Shown piece by piece: positions 37,441 to 52,101 of a stretch of DNA of 64,000 bases. A model generated the notes under the pieces. It had not been told where the DNA came from. It made no database searches and saw only the letters and a list, made by a program, of their open reading frames with translations. The position numbers were made by a program, and so were the translations under genes. Within the stretch, counting starts at the first letter, position 1, and every line of letters starts with the position of its first letter. The DNA is from an uncultured delta proteobacterium (GTDB lineage Bacteria; Myxococcota_A; Polyangia; Polyangiales; JAFGIB01): contig CAVZVA010000010.1 of NCBI GenBank assembly GCA_963778655.1, forward strand, positions 1,696,001-1,760,000, in the 5' to 3' direction.

Positions 37441-37455
37441 GGTCTTTGAAAACTG
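37441..37455 (+). promoter_or_regulatory. boxA antitermination element
   Basis: GGTCTTTGAAAACTG in the leader; similar GCTCTTTGA motifs in the spacer near 39219 and 39613. Confidence 0.7.
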
Positions 37456-37564
37456 AATCGGAGACAAGCCAATCGCGAATGGTCGGGTCTCGTCGGTCCA
37501 AAAGGCCGACAGCCGAACGAAGCCCGAGATGGCTTCGAGCCATCAGGGTCAATGCTCACAGTTT

Positions 37565-39130
<1,566 letters not shown>

Positions 39131-39373
39131 CGAACCCTCCACCGGCAACGGTTGGAGGTAGCTCGGTCAAGCCCGTCATTCGGGCAAGTCTCCGGTTCAG
39201 TTTTCAGGGACTGATGCCGCTCTTTGAAAAACGCGAGCATCGGTGAGTGGCTGCAGGGAGGATCGCGCGATTCTTCTGCCGGCCCCGCGGGGATCCTCCG
39301 AGGAGGGTCCAGCATGGCAGCGCCTCCGCGCGGCACGGATTTGGCGGTCCCGCGGTCAGCGAACCCACCCCAC

Positions 39374-39447
<74 letters not shown>

Positions 39448-39492
39448 CCGAGCGCCCACGCGCTCGAGCGCCGTGCGCCTCCGAACGCCGAC

Positions 39493-39565
39493 GGGGCTGT
39501 AGCTCAGCTGGGAGAGCGCCGGCTTTGCAAGCCGGAGGTCGTCGGTTCGATCCCGATCAGCTCCA
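39493..39565 (+). tRNA. tRNA-Ala (TGC)
   Basis: GGGGCTG...CCGGC-TTTGCAA-GCCGG...CAGCTCCA in the ITS. Confidence 0.96.
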
Positions 39566-39765
39566 CCCGATGATTTGGACACGCTGCTGCCTGGCGTGCT
39601 CAAGCCGAGCCCGCTCTTTGACAACTGAATAGGAACTCCGAGTAACGAAGTCGCACCTATCGCGACTTCGTTCGTAGACCGCAGATGATCAGACTGGTGT
39701 TTGCCGCAAGCTTGGTCTTGCGACGAACCCCGGTCTCGAGTCATCGATGCGTGCCTTAGGGAAAA

Positions 39766-42763
<2,998 letters not shown>

Positions 42764-42860
42764 TTTCTCTGAGGCAAGCGTTGAAACGATTCGAGATCGG
42801 GGTTGGGAGCAAGACAGCGAATCCCAGCCCGATCGCTACGGTCACGGAGCTCCAAAGGAT

Positions 42861-42978
42861 TTTCGGTGGCAACGTCGGAGGGGTCATACCCGATCCCATC
42901 CCGAACTCGGAAGTCAAGCCCTCCAGAGCCGATGGTACTGCGTGGGTAACTACGTGGGAGAGTAGGACGCCGCCGGAA
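42861..42978 (+). rRNA. rrf: 5S rRNA
   Basis: CCCGATCCCATCCCGAACTCGGAAGTCAAG, GATGGTACT, GGGAGAGTAGG. Confidence 0.96.
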
Positions 42979-42986
42979 TTAATGTG

Positions 42987-43021
42987 GAAACCCCACCTCA
43001 TCCGAGGTGGGGTTTCGTTTT
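42987..43021 (+). terminator. Rho-independent terminator of the rRNA operon
   Basis: GAAACCCCACCTC-ATCC-GAGGTGGGGTTTC followed by GTTTT. Confidence 0.9.
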
Positions 43022-43026
43022 AATTT

Positions 43027-43104
43027 CGGGAAGGCGACGCGCCCTTCGCGCCCGTCCGGCGAAGCCGTTCGGGACCCAGCCATCCGTGGGGCTCGCTGCG
43101 CTCG
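43027..43104 (+). repeat. REP-like element (family A), degenerate
   Basis: CGGGAAGGCGACGCGCCCTTCGCGCCCG..CCGGCGAAGCCG...GGGGCTCGCTGCGCTCG is collinear with the 33.3-kb unit. Confidence 0.6.
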
Positions 43105-43131
43105 GTCACAGCGGGCGATTTGGCTCTGGCC

Positions 43132-45225
43132 TCACGCGACGGTGGAACCGGGCTCGCCGTCGGAAGTGACCGGCAGCAGCTTGCCCTCGCGGTTCTTGGC
43201 CATCAGCAGCATGCCCTGGCTCTCGAGGCCGAGCATCTTGCGTGGCGCCAGGTTCGCCACCACCACCAGCTTCTTGCCCACCAGGTCCTCGGGCCGCAGG
43301 TGCTCGGCCACCCCCGCCAGGACCTGGCGCTGCTCGAAGCCGAGGTCGACGTCGCAGCGCAGCAGCTTCTTGGACTTGGGCACGGGCTCGGCGGCGAGCA
43401 CCAGCCCCACGCGCAGGTCGAGCTTGGCGAAGTCGTCGTACTGGATGGGCGCGCCCAGCGGGGGGTAGGGCAGGGCGGCCGCCCGCGCGCCCTGCTGCGT
43501 CGCCAGCAGCTTGTCGAGCTGAACCTGGATCGCGGCGTCCTCAATCTTGGTGAACAGGATCTCGGGCTCGCCCAGGCGCTGGCCCGCCGGCAGCAGATAG
43601 CGGCTGGCGTCGCTCCAGCCGAGGCCGCTGGCCCCAGCGCGCTCGCTCGAGCGCACGGGCGCGAGATTGAGCATCTTGCGCATGCGTTGCGCGGTGAAGG
43701 GCAAGAACGGCTCGCACAGGATGCTGAGCGAGGCGCAGATCTGAAGGCAGACGTAGATGGTCTCGGCGCACTTCTGCGGGTCGCGTTCGCGCGTGGCCCA
43801 CGGGGCCTCGTCGTTGAAGTACTTGTTCGCCCTGCGGGCGAAGTCCATCACCACGTTGCCCGCCTCGCGGAAGCGGTAGTGCTCGATGTGCGATCCGATC
43901 TGGCCCGGGGCGTGCTCGAAGGCGTCGGCGATTTCCGGGCTGCCTCGGGTGCCCCAATCGCAGTCGGGCACCGTTCCCTGCAGAAAGCGCTTCGCGAAGG
44001 TTACCGTGCGGTTGACGAGGTTGCCGAATGTGTCGGCCAGCTCGTTGTTGACCCGCGCCTGCATGTCCTTCCAGCTGAAGTCGGAGTCCTTGGTCTCGGG
44101 CAGCACCGAGAGTAGGGCGTAGCGCAGGTAGTCGGGCGGGAAGGCCTCCAGGGCCTCGTGCAACCAGACCGCCCAGCCGCGGCTGGTCGAGAGCTTCTTG
44201 CCCTCGAGGTTCAGGAACTCGTTGGCGGGCACGTCTCCGGGCAGGACGTAGCCGCCGTGCATGTGCAGCATCGCGGGGAAGATGATGCAGTGGAAGACGA
44301 TGTTGTCCTTGCCGATGAAGTGGACCAGCTTGGTGTCCTCGGCCTGCCAGTATGGCTTCCAGGCTTCGGGGTCGCCTTGCTGCTCGGCCCACTCGCGCGT
44401 GGCCGAGATGTAGCCGATCGGCGCGTCGAACCAGACGTAGAGCACCTTGCCGCTGGCGTCCACGCCGGCGGCCTGGGCGACGTCGGCGGGCACGGGCACG
44501 CCCCAGGACAGATCGCGGGTCATCGAGCGATCGACCAGGCCCTCCTTGAGCCAGCTGCGCGCCTGGCCGAGCACGTTGGTCTTCCAGTCCGGATGGGCGT
44601 CCAGGAACTGTTCGAGCCAGGGCTGCTGGCCCGAGAGCGACAAGTACCAGTGCGTGGTCTCGCGCAGCTCCGGCTTGGCATTGGTGATCGCGCTGCGCGG
44701 GCCGATCAGCTCCTTGGGGCTGAGCGTGCGGCCGCACTTCTCGCACTGGTCGCCGTAGGCGTCCTGGTAGCCGCAGCTGGGGCAGGTGCCGTGCACGAAG
44801 CGATCCGCAAGGAACATCTTTGCTTCGGGGTCGTAGAGCTGCGGCTCGGACTTGAGCGTGAAGGCGCCCTGCTGCGCCATGTGCCGAAAGAAGTCCTGGC
44901 TGGTCTCGCGATGCCTTTGCGACGAGGTACGGCCGTAGTAGTCGAAGCTCACGCCGAGCTTGGCGAACGCGTCACGCAGCACCGGGTGATAGCGGTCGAC
45001 CAGCGCTTGCGGGCTGATGCCCTCCTGGCGCGCGCGCATCATGATCGCCACGCCGTGCTCGTCCGAGCCGCAGATGAACCGCACGTCGCGGCCCATCAGA
45101 CGCTGGTACCGGCAGTAGATGTCGGCCGGCAAGTAGGCGCCGGCGATGTGTCCGAGGTGCGCCGGGCCGTTTGCGTATGGCAGCGCCGCGGTCACCAGAA
45201 TGCGCGCGTATTCGTCGTCGGCCAT
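43132..45225 (-). CDS. metG: Methionine--tRNA ligase with C-terminal tRNA-binding domain
   Basis: ALPYANGPAHLGH, CGSDEHG, Zn knuckle, YVWFDAPIGY, KLSTS, OB-fold tail. Confidence 0.97.
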   Translation of the reverse strand: MADDEYARILVTAALPYANGPAHLGHIAGAYLPADIYCRYQRLMGRDVRFICGSDEHGVAIMMRARQEGISPQALVDRYHPVLRDAFAKLGVSFDYYGRTSSQRHRETSQDFFRHMAQQGAFTLKSEPQLYDPEAKMFLADRFVHGTCPSCGYQDAYGDQCEKCGRTLSPKELIGPRSAITNAKPELRETTHWYLSLSGQQPWLEQFLDAHPDWKTNVLGQARSWLKEGLVDRSMTRDLSWGVPVPADVAQAAGVDASGKVLYVWFDAPIGYISATREWAEQQGDPEAWKPYWQAEDTKLVHFIGKDNIVFHCIIFPAMLHMHGGYVLPGDVPANEFLNLEGKKLSTSRGWAVWLHEALEAFPPDYLRYALLSVLPETKDSDFSWKDMQARVNNELADTFGNLVNRTVTFAKRFLQGTVPDCDWGTRGSPEIADAFEHAPGQIGSHIEHYRFREAGNVVMDFARRANKYFNDEAPWATRERDPQKCAETIYVCLQICASLSILCEPFLPFTAQRMRKMLNLAPVRSSERAGASGLGWSDASRYLLPAGQRLGEPEILFTKIEDAAIQVQLDKLLATQQGARAAALPYPPLGAPIQYDDFAKLDLRVGLVLAAEPVPKSKKLLRCDVDLGFEQRQVLAGVAEHLRPEDLVGKKLVVVANLAPRKMLGLESQGMLLMAKNREGKLLPVTSDGEPGSTVA

Positions 45226-45377
45226 GGCCGCGACTTTACACCAACGCTTCGATACGTCGACCGCGCGCGCGCTCCCGCAGCGCGCGAGGGCGCCCTTTCG
45301 TTTCGGGCCGGAGCTGGCATAATCGCGCACGGGGTCGCCCCTGCACGAGGACCCCGCAGCATCCCGGCCCGGTCGCT

Positions 45378-47870
45378 TTGCAGATTCGCCGTAACGCTCT
45401 TCGGGGCCTCGTCGCCGTGCCGCTGGTGGTGGGCGGTGGCGTGGCCGTGCTGTTGTGGCTGCCCAAGCTGGTGCGCGGGCAGGTCGCGGCGCGGCTGCAG
45501 GCGCGCACCGGCCTGCCGGCCAAGGTCTCCGAGGTCTCGCTCGGCTTCGGCTCGGTCGCGCTGCAGCGCATCGAGCTGGGCGCGGGCGCGGGCCCGCACC
45601 TGCTCGCCAAGGACATCACGTTCGAAGGCAATCCGCTCTCGCTCGCGCTGCGCGGCTCGCGCGGGTTGCGCAGCGTGCACGTGGGCGAGCTCGACCTGCG
45701 CGTGCCCGTGCAGAGCGCGCAGGCCAAGCAGCGGATGCTCGCGCGCCGGCATCGCGCACACGATGCTGCGGCCGAGCGCGCCACGCTGCCCGCGCTGCGC
45801 GTGGACCACATGCAGATCGAGCTCGGCGATGCGGCCGGCGAGCTGGTGCAGGTGCGCGGCGGGCCGGTGCAGCTCGACGACGGTGGCGCGCGCGTCGAGT
45901 TGCAGAGCGTACGGCTGGGCGCGGCGCCAGCGAGCGTGCTCGAGCTGGAGCGCATCGGCGCGCAGGCCGCGCACGGGCCCAAGGGACTGGCGCTGCGCCG
46001 CATGCGCGTGGCGAGCGCCAAGCTGCGGCTGGCCGCTCCGCGCTCGCCTCCTGCCCCGCCTGCGTCCGCGGCGCCGGGCGCTGCAGCGGCCCCGACACCC
46101 GCGCCCGCGCTCACGACGTGGCAGCGGCTGCGGGCGCTCGCGCGGCAGCTGGCTCCGGGCGGACCCCCGCGGGCTCCGAGCGGGGCTGCAGCGCAAAGGA
46201 AGCCCGGCTCGGGGCTGCTCGAGCGCTTGGCCGGCGACGCCGCGCTCACGCTCGAAGACGCCAGCGTGCGCGGCGGCGCGGGCGGCGCGCCAATCTTGCA
46301 GGGGCTGCGCGCCACGCTGGCGGTGAAGTCCGGCGGCGCGCTGGCCTTCGCGGGCAGCGGCAAGGCGCAGGGCGGCGGGATCGTGCACTGGGACCTCAGC
46401 GTGCACCCCCAGGAGGCTCGGGCCGACGGTCAGGTCGAGCTGCGCTCGCTGCCGCTCAGCCTGTTGGCACCTTTTCTGCCGTCCGTGCCCTGGTACGAGC
46501 CGGAGGCGGGTCGGGTCGACGCCGAGCTCGTGATCAAGACCGAGCCCGCGCAGGGGATCGCGTTTTCGGGCAGCGCGAGCCTGACCGACGCGGCCATCTC
46601 CTCGCCGCGCATCTCGGCCGAGCCGGTGCGCGGGATCGATGTGACCCTGCGCGGCAAGGGCCGCTTTCTTCCGCTCGCGCACCGGCTCGAGATCGCGCAA
46701 GGCGAGATCGGGCTCGGCGAGGCCACGCTCAACGTGTCGGGTGCGGTGGAGTGGAGCGCCGACCACTATCTGTTCGACATCGACGCCTCGCTGCCGCCGA
46801 CCCCGTGCACCAAGGCGGTGCAGGCGATTCCCGAGGATCTGCTGGGCGACATGGTGCTCGCCACCTGGCAGGGCAAGCTCGCAGGCCATCTGCGTCTGAA
46901 GCTCGACTCGCGCGCGCTCGACGACACGGTGCTGACGATCGAGCCGGTGGACCACTGCGAGTTCGTCACGGTGCCGGCGCTGGCTGATCTGCGGCGTTTT
47001 CGCATGCCGTTCATCCACTCGGTCGAGGAGCCCGACGGGACGCTGTTCGAGATGGAGACTGGGCCGGGCACCCCGGAGTGGACGTTTCTCGAGGATATCA
47101 GCCCGTTCTTCGTGCACGCCGTGCTGGCGCACGAGGACGCCGGCTTCTTTTCGCACCACGGCTTCTCGCCGCGCCACATTCGCGAGGCGCTGATCCGCGA
47201 CCTCAAGGAAGGTCGTTACGTGGTCGGCGCCAGCACCATCACCATGCAGCTGGTCAAGAACGTGTTCCTGCACCGCGAAAAGACGCTCGCGCGCAAGATC
47301 CAGGAGGTGCTGCTGACCTGGTGGATCGAGCGCGTGATGGACAAGCGCGACATCATCGAGCTTTACCTGAACGTGATCGAGTTCGGGCCCAGCGTCTACG
47401 GCATTCGCAACGCGGCGCGCCACTACTTCAATCGCCTACCGTCTCAGCTCTCCCCGGCCGAGTCGATCTTCCTGGCGACCATCCTGCCCAACCCCAAGCG
47501 CTACCACTCGTTCTTCGAGCGCGGGGCGCTCTCGCCGGCCTGGATCGATCAGATGCGGCACATGCTGCTGCGGATGCGTGAGCGCGGTTGGTACAGCCCC
47601 GAGGCGGTCGACTACGGGCTCAAGGAGCTGCAGAATTTCCGCTTCGTGCCCGAGGGCACGATCGTCGCGCCGCGACAGATCCCGGGCCACGCGGCGCCGC
47701 TGCCGTACATGCAGAGCTACGCGCAGCAGCCGGGCTGGGGCGAGGACAGCACGCTCGAGCCCGGGCCGGGGCCGAGCGAGGACGGTAGCTTCGAGGCGCC
47801 GAAGAAGGCGAAGCCGGTGGCGGCGCCAGGCGCGTCCCGGCCGCAGCCGCCGCGGGCGGCTCAGCGGTAG
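45378..47870 (+). CDS. Large monofunctional peptidoglycan transglycosylase (GT51) with long N-terminal beta-rich region
   Basis: EDAGFFSHHG, GASTITMQLVKN, RKIQE, KRDIIELYLN; no transpeptidase domain; start approximate (TTG). Confidence 0.85.
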   Translation: MQIRRNALRGLVAVPLVVGGGVAVLLWLPKLVRGQVAARLQARTGLPAKVSEVSLGFGSVALQRIELGAGAGPHLLAKDITFEGNPLSLALRGSRGLRSVHVGELDLRVPVQSAQAKQRMLARRHRAHDAAAERATLPALRVDHMQIELGDAAGELVQVRGGPVQLDDGGARVELQSVRLGAAPASVLELERIGAQAAHGPKGLALRRMRVASAKLRLAAPRSPPAPPASAAPGAAAAPTPAPALTTWQRLRALARQLAPGGPPRAPSGAAAQRKPGSGLLERLAGDAALTLEDASVRGGAGGAPILQGLRATLAVKSGGALAFAGSGKAQGGGIVHWDLSVHPQEARADGQVELRSLPLSLLAPFLPSVPWYEPEAGRVDAELVIKTEPAQGIAFSGSASLTDAAISSPRISAEPVRGIDVTLRGKGRFLPLAHRLEIAQGEIGLGEATLNVSGAVEWSADHYLFDIDASLPPTPCTKAVQAIPEDLLGDMVLATWQGKLAGHLRLKLDSRALDDTVLTIEPVDHCEFVTVPALADLRRFRMPFIHSVEEPDGTLFEMETGPGTPEWTFLEDISPFFVHAVLAHEDAGFFSHHGFSPRHIREALIRDLKEGRYVVGASTITMQLVKNVFLHREKTLARKIQEVLLTWWIERVMDKRDIIELYLNVIEFGPSVYGIRNAARHYFNRLPSQLSPAESIFLATILPNPKRYHSFFERGALSPAWIDQMRHMLLRMRERGWYSPEAVDYGLKELQNFRFVPEGTIVAPRQIPGHAAPLPYMQSYAQQPGWGEDSTLEPGPGPSEDGSFEAPKKAKPVAAPGASRPQPPRAAQR

Positions 47871-48541
47871 CCCGAGATCAGCGCCTGGCTCAGCACGTAC
47901 CAGCCGTCGACCAGCACGAACAGCAGCAGCTTGAACGGCAGCGCCACCACAGCGGGCTGCAGGCCCGACATGCCGAGCGCGAGCAGGATGCTGGCCACCA
48001 CCAGATCGATCACCACGAACGGCAGCAGCACCAGCAGGCCGATCTGAAACGCCTCCTTGAGCTCGGTGATCAGGAATGCCGGCAGCGTTACGGTGAGGTC
48101 GGTCTCGCTGACCTCGGCGCGCTGCGCGGGCGGGCGGGCGCGTCGGGCGAGATCGAGGAATAGCGCGCGCTCGGCCTTGCCCGCATTGCGCCCGAGGAAA
48201 GCCGCGAGCGGCGGCTTGGCCAGCTCGAGCGCCTGCAGCGCAGCCTTGCGGCTCTCGCCCGCGAGCGGATCCTCGAGGTCGATGCGCGCGCCCGCGGGCG
48301 CTGCGGCGGCCAGCATCTGGCGCGCAACCGGCGTCATCACGTACACGCTCAGGATCGCCGCCAGCGCGGTCACGATCGCGCCCGAGGGCACGTCCGGCAC
48401 CCCGAGCGCGTTGCGCAGCAACGACAGTACCACCATGATCTTCGCGAAGCTGGTGGCCGCCATCAGCAGCAGCGGCAGCAGCGAGAGCGCGCCGATCGCG
48501 AGCAGGGTGGAGCCGGACAGCCCGGCGGCGTGGCTAGGCAT
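47861..48541 (-). CDS. Type III export-gate protein, FliP/SctR family
   Basis: TSFAKIMVVLSLLRNALG, LPAFLITELKEAFQIG, PFVVIDLVVA, LPFKLLLFVLVDGW. Confidence 0.92.
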   Translation of the reverse strand: MPSHAAGLSGSTLLAIGALSLLPLLLMAATSFAKIMVVLSLLRNALGVPDVPSGAIVTALAAILSVYVMTPVARQMLAAAAPAGARIDLEDPLAGESRKAALQALELAKPPLAAFLGRNAGKAERALFLDLARRARPPAQRAEVSETDLTVTLPAFLITELKEAFQIGLLVLLPFVVIDLVVASILLALGMSGLQPAVVALPFKLLLFVLVDGWYVLSQALISGYR

Positions 48542-48905
48542 GCGGGGCCGCTCCCCCGCGCTCGCCCGGCGCCGCCGCGCCCGCCGCGGGCTCGAGCACG
48601 CTCGGATCGAGCTCGGCGATCAGTCGCGGGGGGCCGCCGTCGCCAGTGCCGATCAGCAGCAGACGCCCGCCGGCGCGTACCAGATATAGGTTCTTGCGTG
48701 GCTCGAGCGCGAGCCGGCCGAGCACGCGCAGCGCGAGCGGCTCGGATGCGGCCAGCGTTCCGAAGCCGCGCCGCGCTAGCCAGCGCAGCGAGACCCAGAT
48801 CAGCCCGCACACGGCCGCCAGCGCCAGCACCGTGCGCAGCAGGTCGAGCAGCAAGCCCGTAGTGCCGAGCGGAGCCGCGGCCTGCTGCAGCAGCAGCGCG
48901 GGCAT
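48534..48905 (-). CDS. FliO/MopB-like protein
   Basis: Single TM, then LRVLGRLALEPRKNLYLVRAGGRLLLIG; directly upstream of the FliP/SctR gene. Confidence 0.8.
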   Translation of the reverse strand: MPALLLQQAAAPLGTTGLLLDLLRTVLALAAVCGLIWVSLRWLARRGFGTLAASEPLALRVLGRLALEPRKNLYLVRAGGRLLLIGTGDGGPPRLIAELDPSVLEPAAGAAAPGERGGAAPHA

Positions 48906-49043
48906 CACGCGCCGGGCTCCCGCGCTGCAGGCCCCAAGAGCGCCTTCAGGCTCAGGCCGCGCGCCCGATACGCCGGTCCGCGCGGCGCTCGACCCCGCGG
49001 CCCCCACGCGCACCCGGCTCTGCCCGCCCCCCCGGCCACCGCC

Positions 49044-51200
49044 TCACTCCGCGGCCTGGGCCTTTTCCGTGTCGTCCTGGGCCACCGATTCGGCCAGCAG
49101 CTCGGCGATGTCCTTCTGCTGGATCGACTCTTCCTTGTCGTTGGCCTTGAGCCCGTCGGTCAGCATGGTCATGCAGAAGGGGCAGCCGCTGGCGATGGTC
49201 TGCGCGCCGGTCTCCAGCAGTTGCAGCGTGCGCTTGACGTTGACGCGCTTCTCGCCCTGCTCCTCCATGAACATTTGCGCGCCGCCGGCGCCGCAGCACA
49301 GGCCCTTGTTGCGGTTCCAGTAGCTGACCTCGTGCAGGGCGACGCCGGGAATGGCCTCCAGCACCTTGCGCGGCGCATCGTAGACGTCGTTGTAGCGTCC
49401 GAGGTAGCAGCTGTCGTGGAACGCGACCGAGCGCTCGACGCGGTTTTTGGGCAGCAGGCGCTTTGCGTCGATCAGCTCGGAGAGCAACGTGCTGTGGTGC
49501 ACCACCTCGTACTTGCCGCCGAAGTCCGGGTACTCGTTGAGCAAGCTGTTGAAGCAGTGCGGGCAGGTGGTGACGATTTTCTTCTTCTCCACCTCGTACT
49601 GCTTGAGCGTCTCGACGTTCTGCTGCGCCAGGGTCTGGAACAGGTACTCATTGCCCGCCCGCCGCGCCGGGTCGCCGGTACAGCTCTCTTCGGTGCCGAG
49701 GATTGCGAAGTCGACGCCCGCTTGCTGCATCAGCTTGGCGGTCGCGCGCGCGATCTTCTTGGCGCGGTCGTCGTAGCTGGCGGCGCAGCCGACCCAGTAC
49801 AGCACCTCTGCATCGGGCTTGTCGCTCATCAGCGGAATGCCGAGCCCGTCTGCCCAGCCCGCGCGGTCGCTCGCTGCCAGGTTCCAGGGGTTGCCGTTGG
49901 TCTCCAGGCCGTTGAAGGGCTTCTGCAGCTCGGCCGGGAATTCGTTCTTCATCATCACCTGGTCGCGGCGCATCTGCACGATCTTGTCGACGTAGCTGAT
50001 CATCACCGGGCACTGCTCCTCGCAGGCGCGGCAGGTGGTGCAGGCCCAGATCACGTCCGGGTTGAGGATGTTCGGCACCAGATCGACGATCGTGTCGGAG
50101 GTGTAATAGGCGTCCTTGGGTGGGTCGGCGTGGTGCAGCTCGTGCTTCTCGCCGTCCTGCGCGCCGTCCTCGCCGGCCGGCGGCGCGGCCGGATTCATCG
50201 TCTCGGGCTTGAGCAGCACCGGCTCGCACGCGTACAGGTGATCGCGCAGCGCCAGCGTCAGGTGCTTGGGCGACAGCTTCTTGTCGGTGGTGTAGGCCGG
50301 GCAGTTGTCGCTGCAGCGGCCGCACTCGGTGCAGGTGTAGAGATCGAGCACGTCCTTCCAGCTCAGGTCGGTCACCTTGACCAGCCCGATCGGCTCCTCG
50401 CGCTCGACCTTGCCTTCGAGGTCCTCGGTCGTCGGCAGCTTGTTGGGCTCGAGGTTGCGGGCGAAGACGTTGCCGACTGCGGTGATGATGTGGAAGTGCT
50501 TCGAATACGGCAGGATGTTGAGGAAGATCAGCACGAACGCGGAGTGCCACCAGAAGCCCAGGTGCATCAGGAAGCGCAGGGTGGGGCCCCCCAAGTCGAG
50601 CCCGCCGAGCCACAACGCCCAGGCCGAGGCAACCGGCTCGACCAGGCTGAGCTGCACCGGCTCGCCCGAGCCGCGGTGCTCGAGCACGATGCGCGCGCCG
50701 TTGTAGAGCATGTCGGCCAGCATCATGGTGATGATGATGCCGAGGATCAGCAGGCCCTCGAAGCCCAGCGTCATGCGGCGCTGCTTGTTGATGACGCGGT
50801 AGTAGACGAAGACCGCCGAGCCCGCGATCACCAGGACCAGGAAGATCTCCTTGAGCACGTTGTAGAGGACGCCGAACCAGTTATCGAGCGCGAGCAGACC
50901 CCAGAAATCGAAGCCGACGTCGTAGCCGCGGCCCCACAGCAGCACGCTGTTGAGCAACAGCACCTGAAAGCCCGCGAAGATCAGGATGTGCGCGATGCCC
51001 GCGCTGCGGTAGTAGGGCATCTTCTTCTGGCCCAGGGCGTAGACCAGGGTGTCGCGGATGCGCCGGCCGAGCTCCGCGCCCTGCACGCTGAAGCGGGGCT
51101 CGCCGGGGCCCAGCGTGGCCAGCTTGAAGCGACGCACCGCCGACCAGGCGAACAGCCCCGGCAGCACGATCAGCATGACGGTCATGGCGACTGGATTCAT
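49044..51200 (-). CDS. Membrane Fe-S oxidoreductase (FadF/HdrD-like, CCG domains)
   Basis: TM region; CTECGRCSDNCP, CTTCRACEEQCP, TTCPHC, HDSCYLGR, CCGAGG, CPFC. Confidence 0.9.
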   Translation of the reverse strand: MNPVAMTVMLIVLPGLFAWSAVRRFKLATLGPGEPRFSVQGAELGRRIRDTLVYALGQKKMPYYRSAGIAHILIFAGFQVLLLNSVLLWGRGYDVGFDFWGLLALDNWFGVLYNVLKEIFLVLVIAGSAVFVYYRVINKQRRMTLGFEGLLILGIIITMMLADMLYNGARIVLEHRGSGEPVQLSLVEPVASAWALWLGGLDLGGPTLRFLMHLGFWWHSAFVLIFLNILPYSKHFHIITAVGNVFARNLEPNKLPTTEDLEGKVEREEPIGLVKVTDLSWKDVLDLYTCTECGRCSDNCPAYTTDKKLSPKHLTLALRDHLYACEPVLLKPETMNPAAPPAGEDGAQDGEKHELHHADPPKDAYYTSDTIVDLVPNILNPDVIWACTTCRACEEQCPVMISYVDKIVQMRRDQVMMKNEFPAELQKPFNGLETNGNPWNLAASDRAGWADGLGIPLMSDKPDAEVLYWVGCAASYDDRAKKIARATAKLMQQAGVDFAILGTEESCTGDPARRAGNEYLFQTLAQQNVETLKQYEVEKKKIVTTCPHCFNSLLNEYPDFGGKYEVVHHSTLLSELIDAKRLLPKNRVERSVAFHDSCYLGRYNDVYDAPRKVLEAIPGVALHEVSYWNRNKGLCCGAGGAQMFMEEQGEKRVNVKRTLQLLETGAQTIASGCPFCMTMLTDGLKANDKEESIQQKDIAELLAESVAQDDTEKAQAAE

Positions 51201-51364
51201 GGCGATTTCCGATCCTTCGGCAGGGCGCGCGCGTGCGCCGATGGGCTACGCGATTGCCTACTAAAGCCCGGCTCCCGCGAAGTCAACGTGTGGCACCGGC
51301 CCGCGTGCCGCGTGCTCGCGGTGCGAGCCGAGGTCCGCTCGCGGCGTTGCCGGGCCAGCGCCGC

Positions 51365-51910
51365 TCATCTGGGCAGCTTGGCGTCGAAAAATGCGCGCAG
51401 CTTGACCAGATTCTTTTCCTCGCGGGAGAAGCTGGGCGCGGCATAGCTTTGGGCGAAGCCGCGAAGATCGGACAGAAACGCCGACTGGATCTGAGCCGCG
51501 TGCAGGACGTCCTGCACCGAGCGGCCCCGCGCAGAGGTCTTGCGCAGCCCGGTCACGTAGGCGTCGAGCCGAGGGAATTCCGCGCCCAGAAATCCGCGCA
51601 CGGTCGCGGCCTCCTCCGCCAGCTGGTTGAGGACGCGCAGCTGCTCGGCGCCGAGCTGCGAGACGTCCTCGCGCATCGCGTGCTCGGCCGCTACCCGCAG
51701 CACGAACGCGTCGTCGAGATAGCCGATATCGTCGATGCCGTCGGGCACCAGGTCGAGCGACTTGAACAGGTAATTCACGCCTCCGGCCAGTGCCTGGCGC
51801 CCGGGCTCCGGCAGCTCCTCGCTCGACAGCAGCTTTGCCAGGCTCTCCGCGTCGTCGCCCAGGCTGCGCAGCCAGGCGGGGAAGACGTCGAGGTACTGCG
51901 ACTCGCTCAT
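51365..51910 (-). CDS. DUF1232/YkvA-like protein
   Basis: NYLFKSLDLVPDGIDDIGYLDDAFVL. Confidence 0.75.
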   Translation of the reverse strand: MSESQYLDVFPAWLRSLGDDAESLAKLLSSEELPEPGRQALAGGVNYLFKSLDLVPDGIDDIGYLDDAFVLRVAAEHAMREDVSQLGAEQLRVLNQLAEEAATVRGFLGAEFPRLDAYVTGLRKTSARGRSVQDVLHAAQIQSAFLSDLRGFAQSYAAPSFSREEKNLVKLRAFFDAKLPR

Positions 51911-52101
51911 CGGACCTCCCTGTGCGGCGTTTCACGCCCGCCGCTCCGAGCCCGTGCCCACGGCCGGGCTCGCGCTCAGGGCCGGCATGATAGGCGCAGC
52001 CCCGCCGCGGGTTCAAGAGCAGGGGCATCCCACTGGTAAAGGCCAGGAAGCGTCCGGGAAGAAGCGTCCGGGAAATGCACGAACATCGCGCACGAGCTGA
52101 T

